64,000 bases of DNA from Octopus vulgaris. Its lineage: Eukaryota. The translations under genes were made by a program, and so were the position numbers. The notes beneath the pieces were generated by a model, which did not search any database, was not told the origin of the DNA, and was given only the letters and a program-made list of their open reading frames with translations. The stretch lies in contig OX597834.1 in NCBI GenBank assembly GCA_951406725.2, forward strand, positions 9,424,001 to 9,488,000, written 5' to 3'. Of the stretch, positions 12,651 to 25,502 are shown piece after piece (the stretch's first letter is position 1; every line of letters begins with the position of its first letter).

Positions 12651-15441
12651 AATTATAAATGATTTTGATAACAGAAAGGAACTCACGAGTTCCTACCTGA
12701 TTTTACCTGTTTCAAACATGAAAACGATTCCTTTGCATTATGTTCTTATACTCAAAGAACAAGAGAGAAACAAGGAAACGAAGGAGAATATTCATTTTTT
12801 GGAACCCCGCCTGTCATATTCCTTCCTTGATAAGGCTGACTTGGTATTCAACCGCTATATATAAGACATAAATAGTGAAGAGTACGAAAATTCGTCTTTG
12901 AAAAATGTATGACTTTAGTGAGTACCATAAAAGAACTGTGTGGAACATCCACCCTTATATAGATCGCCATTGTATACTTTAGAGCATAAATTCAGGTATG
13001 AGCAAGTGCTTGAGAGATTTACTTCGTAGTAATGGGGATCCGATTTCGATCACATTGCATGGCAATACGAGCTGTTGTCCCTAATGCAGGCTTGGATCAA
13101 CATAAGCCTCTTGTGTGAAATTTAGGGGAGAGGAAACAAAGAATTATGTCCATAAATTTTACCTGAAATACAAAACCCAATTCCCGTTCTATTATACAGT
13201 ATATCATGTGGATTCTATTTCCGAATTAATTCAGGATTATACTTGACTATCAAACATTCAACCTTTTACAATATAATATATTAAACAGGCAGTTCTGTTA
13301 ACCAAAATCTGGAATACTCACCGTCGAATCCGACGCGAGATCCATTTTCATTGTATCTAGTTCGATGAAGAAATAAGAATGGTCCAGGGTTACCCTTTCT
13401 GTAATGTGTACACACAGAAAGGGTTTCAATTCGAGAATGCGAAATAACGAAGTACATGTTTATATGTTGTTACCACTGTTAACCTACAGTAGGGGTTTTC
13501 CAGCAGGGAGTTGTGGTACACTCTTGTCTTGCGTATTTTTTTAATTTAGATAATATAATTGACAATTAATATCTAATGATGGTAAACTGTAGACAAATTT
13601 ACTTAGGGCGTAGCAGATTTTCTGATTATTTTTCTCATTTGTTATAAAAATCGATGTTTTGCACCTTTAACGTAAGACGGGGGAGTGACGTGGTAAGAGA
13701 AACTTTGGAACTACTTCTGTCCATTTTGCTATTCCTTGCAATGTCAACCAACTAACCAAAATATAATTTTTGTAGCAGTTCCTATTTATAAACCTTCAAA
13801 CTCTGCAGTACAAAAATTTGAAATTAATTTTTCTCCAGAAACCACACGCATGCCAGAAAGAAGAATCTATACTTTAACTAGAAATAGCAGCTGCGTTATT
13901 TCCAGTCGTACGATATCACCTTGAACATATCTGGAGTTTACAAATGTACTTTGTGAAACATGAGCTATTATCGATATACCTACGAATGCCTGTAGGTATT
14001 GCATGGGGCCCGAACATGCCTCCTGCTCTTAGCCTAGCATGTGCTAAATCATATACACAACTCCAGTTCTATAGCTACCTCTAGATTCTGGTGCTCTCCT
14101 TCATCATGTTTATGATGAAGATCATCATCATCAGCAGCAGCAGCAGTAGGATATGCCATACTCTACCAGAGACATGGCAGGATATTCTTCCTGTGATTGA
14201 GTTGATGCAGTTATCATTGAGGAAAAGGGTACAAAGATTAGAAACCTCAATCATTATCATTTTCACAGAGCAGTGGAACAATTTCTGAGAGAGAGAGAGA
14301 GGGGGAGAGAGAGAGGCAGACAGACAGAGACAAACAGACAGACATTCAGACAAACTGAGCCAGAGTGAGTGGTTGGAGTGACAGGGAGAGAATGAATTTC
14401 GACCCTCAATACGTATCTAGTACTTTATTTTATCGGAAGGCTGAAAAGACCAAATTGATTTCAGTGGCATTTAACTCAGATCGTATGGGATATTTCAATA
14501 GCTCAACTGTACCGATGTCACACTATACCATTTCTGTCAATATAAGTCATCATATCTACCGCTTTACACAAACACCACTGAATGTAAAGATGGGTTTCCT
14601 AATATAACAACGCCGGGGATCTAAAAAAAATTTCTGACGAAGGCACAAATTTAAATGTAGGTTGTTAAGTGATTGAATTTCTTCCATTACTTTACTGGTT
14701 AGATAATTATCGAACCCGGAAGAGTAAAATGTAAAATTGATCTCAATGGGATTTGAAATTACAAAGATGAGATCCGGAACAAGTTCAGCTAGGTATTTGC
14801 CCAACTCTGTATTGACTCTTACCTATCAGTTACTCCACAACAAGATAGTCTAAGGAACGTTAGTAATTAAGGTCAGTGTTGGACTTGGATAAAAACTACC
14901 AACCTGTCGGACTACCACCGCTTGTCGCACATGTATGATTGAACAATGATAGTGTTAAGGATAATGGTTCTGGGAAGATGCTTTACGGTCGGTTTACTTG
15001 TTCTATATAGCGTTTGAATATATTTTCTTCCTCAAATCACATACTGCTAACACTAAAAACAACGAAATGCGTATTCCTAGATGCGTTCTTAAAAAAGAGA
15101 AAGTAATACGTGATACGAAATGTCCAGTGCACTTAGGTCTGTTGGATCCTGTGTAACGTGGGTGTTAGCCGACAGCAGCAACACGATCGTCATGAATAAT
15201 ATTGACAATAACAACAGCAATCTCTTGTCAGGATTAAGTGCTGTGCCATGGAATATAATTTGCTTAATGTCGGACGAGAGAACGGAATGAATGCGACAAC
15301 ATATTTCAAGCTTGTTTAATAAGTATCATTTTAATGATACCTACATGCGATAAGTAGATAGAGGAGTCGGTAGAACGATGCCGTACAAAAATCGTATTGT
15401 GTCATCGACCGATTTCAAATCACGATAGAGTCGACTAAGTC

Positions 15442-15645
15442 TTTTATCTACCAGTAATATACGGTGGCTTGGATCAACAGGCATTATTTTCTACCTTGTA
15501 AATGCGCTGTTTTATCTACCAGTAATATACGGTGGCTTGAATCAACAGGCATTATTTTCTACCTTGTAAATGCGCTGTTTTATCTACCAGTAATATACGG
15601 TGGCTTGAATCAACAGCTATTATTTTCTATCTTGTAGGTGCGCTG
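15442..15645. repeat. Tandem repeat, 3 x 68 bp
   Basis: Unit TTTTATCTACCAGTAATATACGGTGGCTTGAATCAACAGGCATTATTTTCTACCTTGTAAATGCGCTG starts at 15442, 15510 and 15578. Confidence 0.95.
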
Positions 15646-16711
15646 TTGGTGTACGTCAATCTAATAGCTTTTATTTTTTATTACAATACGTGCAGTACTT
15701 GTATGTGTGAGTACATGAGTGAGTGAATGTGCGGTGTGTTATCGTGTATGCTTAAATGCTAGACAGGCAGACTGTGTGTGTCCCAGTGTTACGATGTATG
15801 TGGGTGGGTAACATATATTTATATGTGATCGCTAGTTCGTCAGTCATATATATGTGTACATATTTGCGTGTGTGTATGTGTGTTTGTATGCTTTGTTTTA
15901 TTTTGGCTGTGATTGTGTGTGACGCAGACGTCGTTTAACACCAGTTCAGAATTAATCGACTGAATCAGTGATTAAACTCATTCCGGTCACAGACGGGGTG
16001 GTCATGACCGGAACAAGTACAGATCCACATTTTTAAACGTATCGCTTCCTTAAGACGCTAGAGTAAATTTAGCTTCTATTTCTACAAGGTCCACCGACCA
16101 TATAATGGCTTCCTTCATTGGCTCCTTTAACGTTTACAGACATACTGAGAGCTACAAGCAGGCAACTGCCGAGGAGTAGATCTTGCGATATGGTTTCGAT
16201 TCACAATTAACGTAATTTCTTACGAAATATGGAAGATAGACACTTGGAGTAGGATGAAGGCCACAAATCTTTAATTCACTATAAATTTTTGTCATTTTTG
16301 ATTCAATTTAGCCCAACTATGATGGAAAGAATTCATCGATATTATAAAGCTAGTGTGAGGGAGATTTGGTTACTATTTCTGGAGGTTAGAGCGTCTACTT
16401 GAGGCAATTCTTGTCATTATTGTAATAAGGTTTGCCAGCGTCAGTTAGCAAAAGCATTTAGAAACCTTGCTTTTCTCAACAGGTAGATGTCAGAAGATAT
16501 ACTGTATCCATTTACTCCTTTGTCTTATGCTAAAGAGAAAGAAAATAAATAACTTCGTTTCCTTTTTGTACTCTTCGGCTTTTTTTTTTTCTGTGAGTGT
16601 GCGTGCGTTTTGTGTGGGTATAAGTCGGGTTATTGTTCGGAGTTCGAATTTACCAAACAGCTCTTATTTCGGACTGACAAGATTATCGATAATAGCAAAT
16701 ACATATGCTAA

Positions 16712-17012
16712 TCTATCTGTCTATAAAACTATCTATCAATCTATCACATCTGTCTGTCTATCTATCCATCTGTCTGTCTATCTATCCATCTGTCTGTCTA
16801 TCTATCCATCTGTCTGTTTATCTATCTATCCATCTGTCTGTCTATCTATCTATCTGTCTGTCTATCTATCTATCTATTTACTTACCTATCTATCTATTTA
16901 CTTACCTATCTATCTATTTACTTACCTATCTACTTACCAATCTATCTATCTATCTATCTATCTACTTACCTATCTATCTATCTATCTACTTATCTATCTA
17001 TCTATCTATCTG
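16712..17012. repeat. (TCTA/TCTG)n microsatellite
   Basis: Directly visible. Confidence 0.9.
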
Positions 17013-17586
17013 TACCTAATAAAACTTAGGCTCACAAAATATCTTTTACCGCAGCATTTAGGAATCGTACTGTTCAGTTTCCTAGTTGTCTAGAAACTGA
17101 AGAAGATACATTCACCTTTAGGAGAAAAGAAATATAACACACATACACACATAGCCGCACGCAAGCCCACATACATACGTGCGGTGTGCGTGCGTTCCAA
17201 TGTGCATATGTAGAGTGAGGATTTAGTTAGAAGGAAAGAATAAATCAAATAAATGTGTGTATGAGTGAGCGTGTGTGTGTATTTGTGTGTGTGTGCGAGA
17301 GCTTTGTACACAACTAAAGCGCGGGATTATATACATAAATGTTATGTCAGAAGTGTACGAGGTGGGAGGGCTGTTGAAATTTTGTGAATTTTCTCTGCAA
17401 CAATTTCATTTGTAAACTGCATGTGTAGGAGCACTGCAGCGGCATTGGTAGGCCTCTTGTAAACCAAAGTGGCAATTCAGTTCCCATTCTAAGCTGAAAC
17501 CATTTCCCATCGCTTATGCAGATTAAGACATTTATGGGATGAATAAGCGTTGTTTTATCCACAACTGTTATTGATATCATTTTATG

Positions 17587-17975
17587 AAGGTGTGTGAACT
17601 AGTGGTTACGCTATTGCAATCACGATCGCCGGTTTGTGATTTCGATTCTTGGACGGGGCAGTGTGTTGTGTTCTTGAGCAAAACATTTCGTTTTATGTTG
17701 CTCCTGCTCACTCACCTGTAAATGAGTAACCCTACAAGCGACTAGCGTCCTGTCCAGTGAGAATATCTCCACCTCGGTCAGTTGGACTGGTCAGTCTGTT
17801 GTGTTCTTGAGCAAAACACTTCGTTTTATGTTTGCTCCTGTTCACTCACCTGTAATTGAGTAACCCTACAAGCGACTAGCGTCCGGTCCAGTGAGAATGT
17901 CTCCACCTCGGTCAGTTATATGCCATGGAAAACGTGGTAAGCAGTGCAATGAGTTCGACGGCTCGAGACAGGAAT
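17587..17975 (+). mobile_element. Diverged tRNA-derived CORE-like SINE with an internal ~133-bp tandem duplication
   Basis: Head ...CTAGTGGTTA...TTCGATTC; CORE-like GTGTTCTTGAGCAAAACA; duplicated units 17651-17783 and 17784-17917; tail resembles that of 24671-24977. Confidence 0.7.
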
Positions 17976-18080
17976 ATCCATATTGATATATAGATATAGA
18001 GCTTGTGTGTGGTGTTTAAAAGTAAATCTTGTTTTAGTATTGCTTTTATTTAATCCCGTTCCATCATTGAGTGGTTAGAT

Positions 18081-18240
18081 CAGGGGTCGCCAAATTATTT
18101 CGAACATGGACCCCCTTTTAGCCACTTCTACCGCATTGACCCAATTTAGCTACTCTCCCTTCTGCTTTGAGCCCCTTTATCCACTTCTCCTTCCGCATTG
18201 ACCCCCTTTTAGCCACTTCTTCAGCATCGACTCCCCTCAC
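18081..18240 (+). mobile_element. One end of a hAT-like non-autonomous element with ~30-bp subterminal repeats
   Basis: Starts CAGGGGTCGCCAAA, a hAT-type TIR start; about four degenerate GACCCCCTTTTAGCCACTTCT units; no partner TIR found. Confidence 0.45.
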
Positions 18241-18966
18241 TTAAAATATCTTGATACTCTACCCTACCGCACCATATCTTAAATACGCATTGGGTGCTGA
18301 TGCTGGCAATTAAAATGTTAGCTAAAATATACATGTACGACAAATTAAGAAATTCTGTTGAAAATGACACACATTTTTTACATTTAACACTATGTGTACA
18401 AGTATACAGTAGTAGATTTCCAGTTTTTATGAAATTATTTTCTAACCGTTAGATCTATATAATGATAGGCATCCAAGCCATGGCCTTACCGTCTTAGGTA
18501 AAATTAATTTGAGGAATGTTCAATCTAGATCTAGATTATCCCAAATATTTTACCATTTTAAAGAACGTGGAGCAGAATTTGAAGAATACCCGGCTACTAT
18601 TTCGTGCATCTCAAGTGATTTCATAATTCCTCGTTCACCTGGCGTAACGCTACAATAAAGCCCCGCCCCCGCCACCAATTTTAGTTCATGATCCTGTTTC
18701 GAATCTCACATGGAGAATCTATACGGTTCTTAAATGTCTTTCACGAGGAGACAGCTGAAGGTCGTGCTAGAAAGAGCAACCATTTTTCACTTAAAAAAAA
18801 ACAACGGTGGTGCATCAGCATGGCCGCAGCTCTGAGCTGAAACTAGAGAGAAAAAAATATATATATATATACGTATATATGCACTCACATGCACAGCCTG
18901 AAATACGATAGGGTGGTCACAGGTGGAAGCTCGTTAATCGTTAATCACATCGATTTGAGATTATCT

Positions 18967-19865
18967 GGGTTAAACAGCAAAAGCACAGCAGGTATGCTGC
19001 CCTCCAATTTACTCCTACACATCTTTTCCCCCTTCTTCTGCACCTCCTTCCTCTCCTTTCTCCCGTCTTCCCCACCCCAGGGTCGCTTTTACCTTATAGC
19101 ATGATTATTTTGGCTTTGTTTTGTGCCGAAACGAAATGAAACATATAATGTGTATAAGTGTGTGCAATGATTTCGATTTAATCTGTCGTATATAAGTAAA
19201 GGGAGTTGAAAATCCGCTATTTAGTACATATTTTGTAGTGTTATGGGAAAGAGCTGCCTTTTGAGGCGCTTAATAGAACAATCAAAGGAGATAACAGCTA
19301 TAAACTTCAACTAATACAATTGCTAATAAAATGATGATGAAAGTGATAGCGGATTTATTCTTTAAAAGCAAATGCATTTGGATAGATAAGTAATAGAAGT
19401 CAAATACAGCATGTGTGGGTGTGAGCATGGCGGTTTTAATACTTATAAAGGCACAAACAGAATTCTGTTTCTTGCAGCTTTCACAAACACATACGTATCG
19501 ATGTCTATGTGTGTGTGTGTGTACGTATGTCTGTTTGTCAGTCAGTCTGTCTGTCTGTCTGTATGCGTGTATGTAGATAAGTGGGTGTGAACGTATGGTA
19601 AGCGTAAGTCAAAATCTTTCACCTTGCTGACATTCTCCATGACATTCTCACTATTTCTCTCTGCTTTGCTCCCTCTCGCTTGTTCTTTACTTTTTTTTCT
19701 GTATGCCCGGGATTCCTGGTTGTTTATAAATTAAAATATGAGTGTGTGTGTGTGCGCTCGCATTTTCGGGAGAAAGGAGAGGAAGGAGGTGCAGAAGAAG
19801 GGGGAAAATATGTGTAGGAGTAAATTGGAGGGCAGCATACCTGCTGTGCTTTTGCTGTTTAACCC
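18967..19865. repeat. 99-bp inverted repeat; arms 18967-19065 and 19767-19865, one mismatch
   Basis: GGGTTAAACAGCAAAAGCACAGCAGG...CCTTTCTCCCG is the reverse complement of CGGGAGAAAGG...GCTGTTTAACCC. Confidence 0.95.
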
Positions 19866-19925
19866 GGGATTCCTGGTTGTTTATAAATTAAAATATGAGT
19901 GTGTGTGTGTGCGCTCGCATTTTCG
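19706..19925. repeat. 63-bp perfect direct repeat (19706-19768 and 19863-19925) bracketing the right arm of the inverted repeat
   Basis: CCCGGGATTCCTGGTTGTTTATAAATTAAAATATGA(GT)nGCGCTCGCATTTTCG occurs twice. Confidence 0.95.
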
Positions 19926-19952
19926 AGTAGGACATCTGATCGAAATATAGCA

Positions 19953-20119
19953 GGCGCAGGAGTGGGTCTGTGGTAAGTAGCTTGCTAACCAACCACATGG
20001 TTGTGGGTTCAGTCCCACTACGTGGCACCTTGGGCAAGTGTCTTCTACTATAGCCTTGGGCCGACCAAAACCTTGGGAGTGGATTTGGTAGACGGAAACT
20101 GAAAGAAACCCATCGTATA

Positions 20120-20152
<33 letters not shown>

Positions 20153-20368
20153 GAGTGTTTGTGTGTCTGTGTTTGTCCCCCTAGCATTGCTTGACAACCG
20201 ATGCTGGTGTGTTTATGTCCCCGTTACTTAGCGGTTCGGCAAAAGAGACCGATAGAATAAGTACTGGGATTACAAAAGAATAAGTCCAAGGGTCGAGTTG
20301 CTCGATTAAAGGTGGTGCTCCATCATGGCCGCAGTCAAATCACTGAAACAAGTAAAAGAGTAGAGAGT
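19953..20368 (+). mobile_element. tRNA-derived SINE, family A, full length
   Basis: GGCGCAGGAGTGG...GGTTCAGTCCCAC...CCTTGGGCAAGTG...(TA)n...GAAACAAGTAAAAGAG. Confidence 0.92.
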
Positions 20369-21120
20369 ATAAAAAAAAAATTAAATGTAATATGCATCGA
20401 GAGTACGATTTTCGATTGAGACTCTATGATTAGAACACGGCAGGACATAATTGCAAGGCGAATTCTTCAAAGTAAGATGACTAGCAGGAGACTTAGAGGT
20501 AAACCAATAATTCGGGGGTTGGGTAATATCAAGTCTTACGCGCTTGGGATTCGAACCGGAAATTTTTATAACGGTTGCTTATGATAGGACCTGAAAAAAA
20601 GGTGTCTGAATATTCAACACCCCTGATCTCCTGAAGGATATTGCGCGAAAGAGATGGATGGATGAAATGATAGCAGGACATGCATTAAAGCCACAAAACC
20701 CAATATCCACTTACTCTTTGATCTCTGAGCAATAATGCTGTATGATTAAATTTTAACGCATAAAATGTTTCCGTCTTCAGGGAACGTCAAAAGATTGGTC
20801 CAAATTTCTCGAATAATTTTCAATCATATCCCTCAATATTCGATCATATCCCTCAAAATCAATATGAGATTTTGAATCGTTCATGATTTTTTTTCCTAAA
20901 CCTTGAGTGCAAAATGAACCGATATAGTTATCAACAGAATTTGAAGCCACATGATTCTTTTGATGCTTTCATTGTTTGGCTTTTTTTTTTATCTAAGCAG
21001 CCTTGACCTTTATAAGTCCTTTCCGTCGGTGCTAATAATGATACGGGTCATATCTTTAACTGGAACATTTGTAAATTGACCTCTGTCCTCCGCCTCCACC
21101 TATCACCGAATAAAATTATT

Positions 21121-21300
21121 GGCGTAAGTATCGCTGTATGGTTAAGAAGTTTGTTCTACAAAAAGAGGGTTCTCGTTCTGTCTCTTCGCCTGGCCCCTTG
21201 CATGAGTTTCTTCCACTATTGCCCCGGGTTCCCCTAATACTTGGTGAGTGAATTTGGTAGGCGGAAAATGCGTGGAAGCTCGTAGTACACACAAAAACAT

Positions 21301-21337
<37 letters not shown>

Positions 21338-21535
21338 GTGTTCGTCCCCACCACTGTCTGGCAACCGTTGTTGCTTTGTTTACGTCCTTGTATTTTAACG
21401 ATTCATCAAAAGTGGCCGATAGACTGAGTACCAGACTTTAGAAAAATACTCAATGTTTTGTTCGATTAAATCCTTCAAGGTAGTGCTCCAACATTGCCAC
21501 AGTCAAATGACTGAAACAGCTAAAAAATGAAGAGA
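21121..21535 (+). mobile_element. Old, diverged family-A SINE
   Basis: Colinear degenerate match to family A, including internal (TG)n and tail CACAGTCAAATGACTGAAAC. Confidence 0.7.
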
Positions 21536-22094
21536 ATTACAGATAATTGGTAAGTTCGACTAAAGAAAGTTGTGGAATGTAGTTAGAGCGGTGCTTTGGA
21601 ATCAGAACACCATATAGATAACGATAAGAGCTAGAAAAGCGGAGACTAGTGGGCCAGGTGGTTTGCCACTGGTTTATGCTAAACCCCCTTTTAATTGATG
21701 TTAATCTATAATCAACGTCTAATTAGTAGTGTTAATGCATCTTGACATCACTCGGATTTCTGTGAAATTCCTCAGCGAAAAACCAATTTTCCTCTTTGGC
21801 TTTCATGTTACTTAGTATGAAAATGAACCAGAATTTAGGTTTCACGTTACAGAATTCCGCGCCAGAGCAAAATTTGTCAGGAATGCAACGCTTCTGTAAC
21901 ATGGGATGCGCTTGTATTCATATCAGCAGAATGAAGCGGTTAAAGTTGTTGACGTCGTTGTTTTTGCAGCTGTATATATTTTTGCTGCTGAAGATTACGA
22001 TGTTGATGTTGTTTGGCTCTGCATCGGATCCGGACGAACAGAAAGGACTATGAACTACAACAAACTATAAATTATTGTGGTATACTGGAGATTA

Positions 22095-22327
22095 AGGCGG
22101 CGAGCTGGCAGAAACGTTAGCACGCCGGGCGAAATGCTTAGCGGTATTTCGTCTGCCGCTACGTTCTGAGTTCAAATTCCGCCGAGGTCGACTTTGCCTT
22201 TCATTTTTTCTGGGTCGATTAAATATGTACCAGTTACACACGGATGTCGATGTAATCGATTTAATCCGTTTGTCTGTCCCTGTTTGTCCTCTTTGTGTTT
22301 AGCCCCTTTGTGGGTAGTAAAGAAATA
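22095..22327 (+). mobile_element. tRNA-derived SINE, family B, full length, with 16-bp target-site duplication
   Basis: Head GGCGGCGAGCTGGCAGAAACGTTAGC...GAGTTCAAATTCC; tail AAAGAAATA; TSD GGTATA(C/T)TGGAGATTA at 22079-22094 and 22328-22343. Confidence 0.93.
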
Positions 22328-22999
22328 GGTATATTGGAGATTACATTGTAAGACAGTAAGATATGATTTGATTTGAATATGATTTTAGCTGCTGTTTCTG
22401 AAATATGTTGTTTAACCCCAGGTCAGCTCTGGTTTCATTGACACATGGTCAATCGTGTTCCACGTACGATCACCACAACGATCATGCGTAAATTTTTAAA
22501 TTCGAAACGTTACAGAAATGTGTTTGTGTGTGTGTATGTGCACACACACACGCAAACATCTACCCAGCCAGTCAATCATTCTCTCTGTCCACCACTATTT
22601 CTTAGAGGGTTGTATGGGTTATATCCTCAAGAACCTCCTCAATTTGGTGTTCTCAGGAGTAACCGTTATTACACTTTTCGGCTGGAATCCTCGGGAGTTA
22701 CCAAGATTATAGATATTATCCTGCCATTTCGTTCTTTGTCTGACGCTAGGTCCCCTGCCAGTTGTCTTGGCTTAAAGGACCCATCTTGTATTTATTTCCT
22801 TCGACATTCCAATCACGTGTCCGTAGAAGAGGCCCTTTGACCTTTTAATGAAGAGGCTAGATCTGGAGAGAATTCCTGATCTCGGAGCTATGCGACCTGT
22901 TGAGTATCGTTGCATGAGCGATCCCTCGGTGGAACTCCAGTCGGCCCTTTTTATTTACATATCATCGATTAAATTAATTTTGTAGTTGTTAGCCTAGAC

Positions 23000-23209
23000 C
23001 AGTGGTTTTCAACCTGGGTTCCACGGAACCTTAGGGTTCCACCAGTACAGTCCAGGGGTTCCACAAAATCTGCTAAAATCGGCAGTAATTTTTAATTCTC
23101 CTGTGCAGATATATGTGCATAAGACTATTAAATTATTGCACAGGGGTTCCTCGAGCCAGTGGAATGTTTCCTCGGGGTTCCGCTCCAGCAAAAAGGTTGA
23201 AAAGCACTG
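23000..23209. mobile_element. hAT (Charlie-like) MITE, 210 bp
   Basis: TIRs CAGTGGTTTTCAACCT / AGGTTGAAAAGCACTG; 8-bp TSD GCCTAGAC (22992-22999) / GACTAGAC (23210-23217); repeated GGGTTCC subterminal motifs. Confidence 0.9.
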
Positions 23210-24044
23210 GACTAGACAAATGATCAACGTCGACCATCTCGTTCTTTTCGCTTACACGATGTCCATAAGACTACATTATGTAATGCACCATCCGACTACT
23301 TTTAAGACGAATTCTGGTAAAACTGACTGCTATTTCCAAAAGAGCAAATAACCGTCTATAGGTGCCTTCCTTGGTGCGATTTACTTAATTTTGTTATTTA
23401 TGATGAAGAAATATTTTGTGGTATTTCGTTGGGTCCCAGGCATGCTGGGTTCTAATCCTTTCCATGTCGAGTTTGTCTTTTCTCTTTCGTGGTCAGTAAT
23501 AGCATGCACCAGTTAATTAGAGGTCGATATTGTTCAGCGCTTTCCTTCCTCCAAAATATCTGTCTCTGCTTGACTGTCTATGGCTAGGTGTTGGCATGAC
23601 TCTTATTCTCTCCTCCCCCCTCTCATCCTTAATCTCCTTCCCTCTTTCACTCTCAACCTCTGTCCATTCCTCTCTCCTACCTCTCTCGCTATCTCTATCC
23701 TTTCAAATTTTGGGTGGCTGTGGATAGCTCGCTATATGCCAGTAAATACGCTTAGCTCTCTTTCTGTGCCTGTGTGGGCGAGCGAGCGTGTTCCAGCGTG
23801 CATTGGCCATATACGTGTACGCATTGATGTGTGTATATATGCGCCTTACTAACGCTGTGCCTGTCTGTATGTGCGTGTGTGCAAGTGTGCATGCGTGTGC
23901 TCGAGTACTTGTAAGTTTGTCTGTCTGTCTGTTACTCATTATGATTTCAAACTCTACACGCGGTGGACAGGTAAACTTCATATTAAAATACAGAGGAAGA
24001 AAAGCGCAAATATTTCCGTTTAATGTATTTATTCTATGTTTTAT

Positions 24045-24422
24045 CTTTACTTGTATGATTCATCAGACTGTGGCCATGCTGGGGCTCCGCCTGGAAGGTC
24101 TCTAGTGTAATATATCGAACCCGGTACCTATTTTAAAGCCTGGTTCCTATTCTATCGGATACTTATGCCGTACCGCAATATCACAGGGATGAAAACAAAC
24201 CAACAACGGTTAACAATAGGTGGTGGGGACCAAAACACACACACATATATATAATATGTATGGCCATCTTCTTTCAGTTTCCAACTACTAAATCCAGCCA
24301 CAAAGATTTGGTCGGCCCGTGGCTCTAGCAGAAACACGTAGCTAAGATGCCACGCAGTGAGTGCGAACCCGGAATCTATTAGTTGGGAATCAAATTTCTA
24401 ACCACACAGCCACACCTGCGTC
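24045..24422 (-). mobile_element. Diverged family-A SINE
   Basis: Ends ACCACACAGCCACACCTGCGTC (reverse complement of the head); colinear with family A. Confidence 0.8.
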
Positions 24423-24618
24423 TATATGTGTTTCTTTTATACAATTGACTATATTTCATCCCCTCCTATTGTAATATTGAAATATAGGAGTATATTACTT
24501 GATATGCATACGCTATAGTTTAATACTGATTCTTTATGTATTGATGCAATGTAGATGTGCATATCTGACTTCGTTAGTATACGTGTGTAACGAAAAACAA
24601 TAATGTGCGCGCACGTTA

Positions 24619-24667
<49 letters not shown>

Positions 24668-24670
24668 CTT

Positions 24671-24977
24671 GTGGAGGTACATGGCCTCGTGTTTAGAGCA
24701 GCGGACTCGCGGTTGAGAAATAGCGGGCTCGAATCTGAGACCGGGCGATGTGTGTGTTTATGAGCGAAATACCTAAGCTCCACCCGACTCCGGCAGAGGG
24801 TAATGGCGAACCTCTGCTGACTCTTTCGGTACCACTTTGTCTCACTCTTTCCTCCTGCATCTTGTAATTCCACCTGCAACGGACCGGTGTCCCGTCCAGG
24901 TGGGGAATCTATACGCCAAGGAAACCAGGAAACCGTCCCTTATGAGGCAGGCGTAGCTCGAGAAGGAACAAATAACA
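24671..24977 (+). mobile_element. tRNA-derived SINE, family C
   Basis: tRNA-like head GTGGAGGTACATGGCCTCGTGTTTAGAGCAGCGGACTCGCGG...GGCTCGAATC; head and body shared with the inverted copy ending at 25998. Confidence 0.8.
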
Positions 24978-25502
24978 TATATGTACTTGTGTGAATGTTA
25001 TGAAATCTCTCTACTTCTTTGTGACGGTAAGCTCTTGTTATGTTCAGGTGTATGTGTAAGTGAATTTGGCGTTCGTGACAGTCACAGTACGTGTTAAAAA
25101 TAGCTATATAATCTTTCTCAAAGTACATCCTAGCTTCTTTAAAATTGACTGGGACAGTTGTTAATTTAATCTTAGATGCACTACGGTCACAAAAAAAAAA
25201 TAAGGAATGTTATTGGTTAATAAATCTCGATTATTCTATTCTTGAATGCCTCAGCTCATAGTTTTATAAGCTGTGAACGACTTGTGGCTTATTACACAAG
25301 CCAAACAACAGCAGCAGTAGCAACGGAGAGACGTACTTCGGCTGGAGGGCAGGCTAGACGAGACAGGATTTTGACATAGATCGAAAGAGTTCAATAATAA
25401 TAGTTCAATGAATAACTCGAAGCATCTTGTTCGGCACTTCATTGATTCCGACATCAATCACGCTTGATGCTGATAATGATGATGATGATGATCATGCTGT
25501 TG

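Noticed and set aside
24671-24745. tRNA-like sequences here and at other SINE heads
   Set aside because: A/B-box-like motifs are present but there is no complete cloverleaf, and each continues into a SINE body
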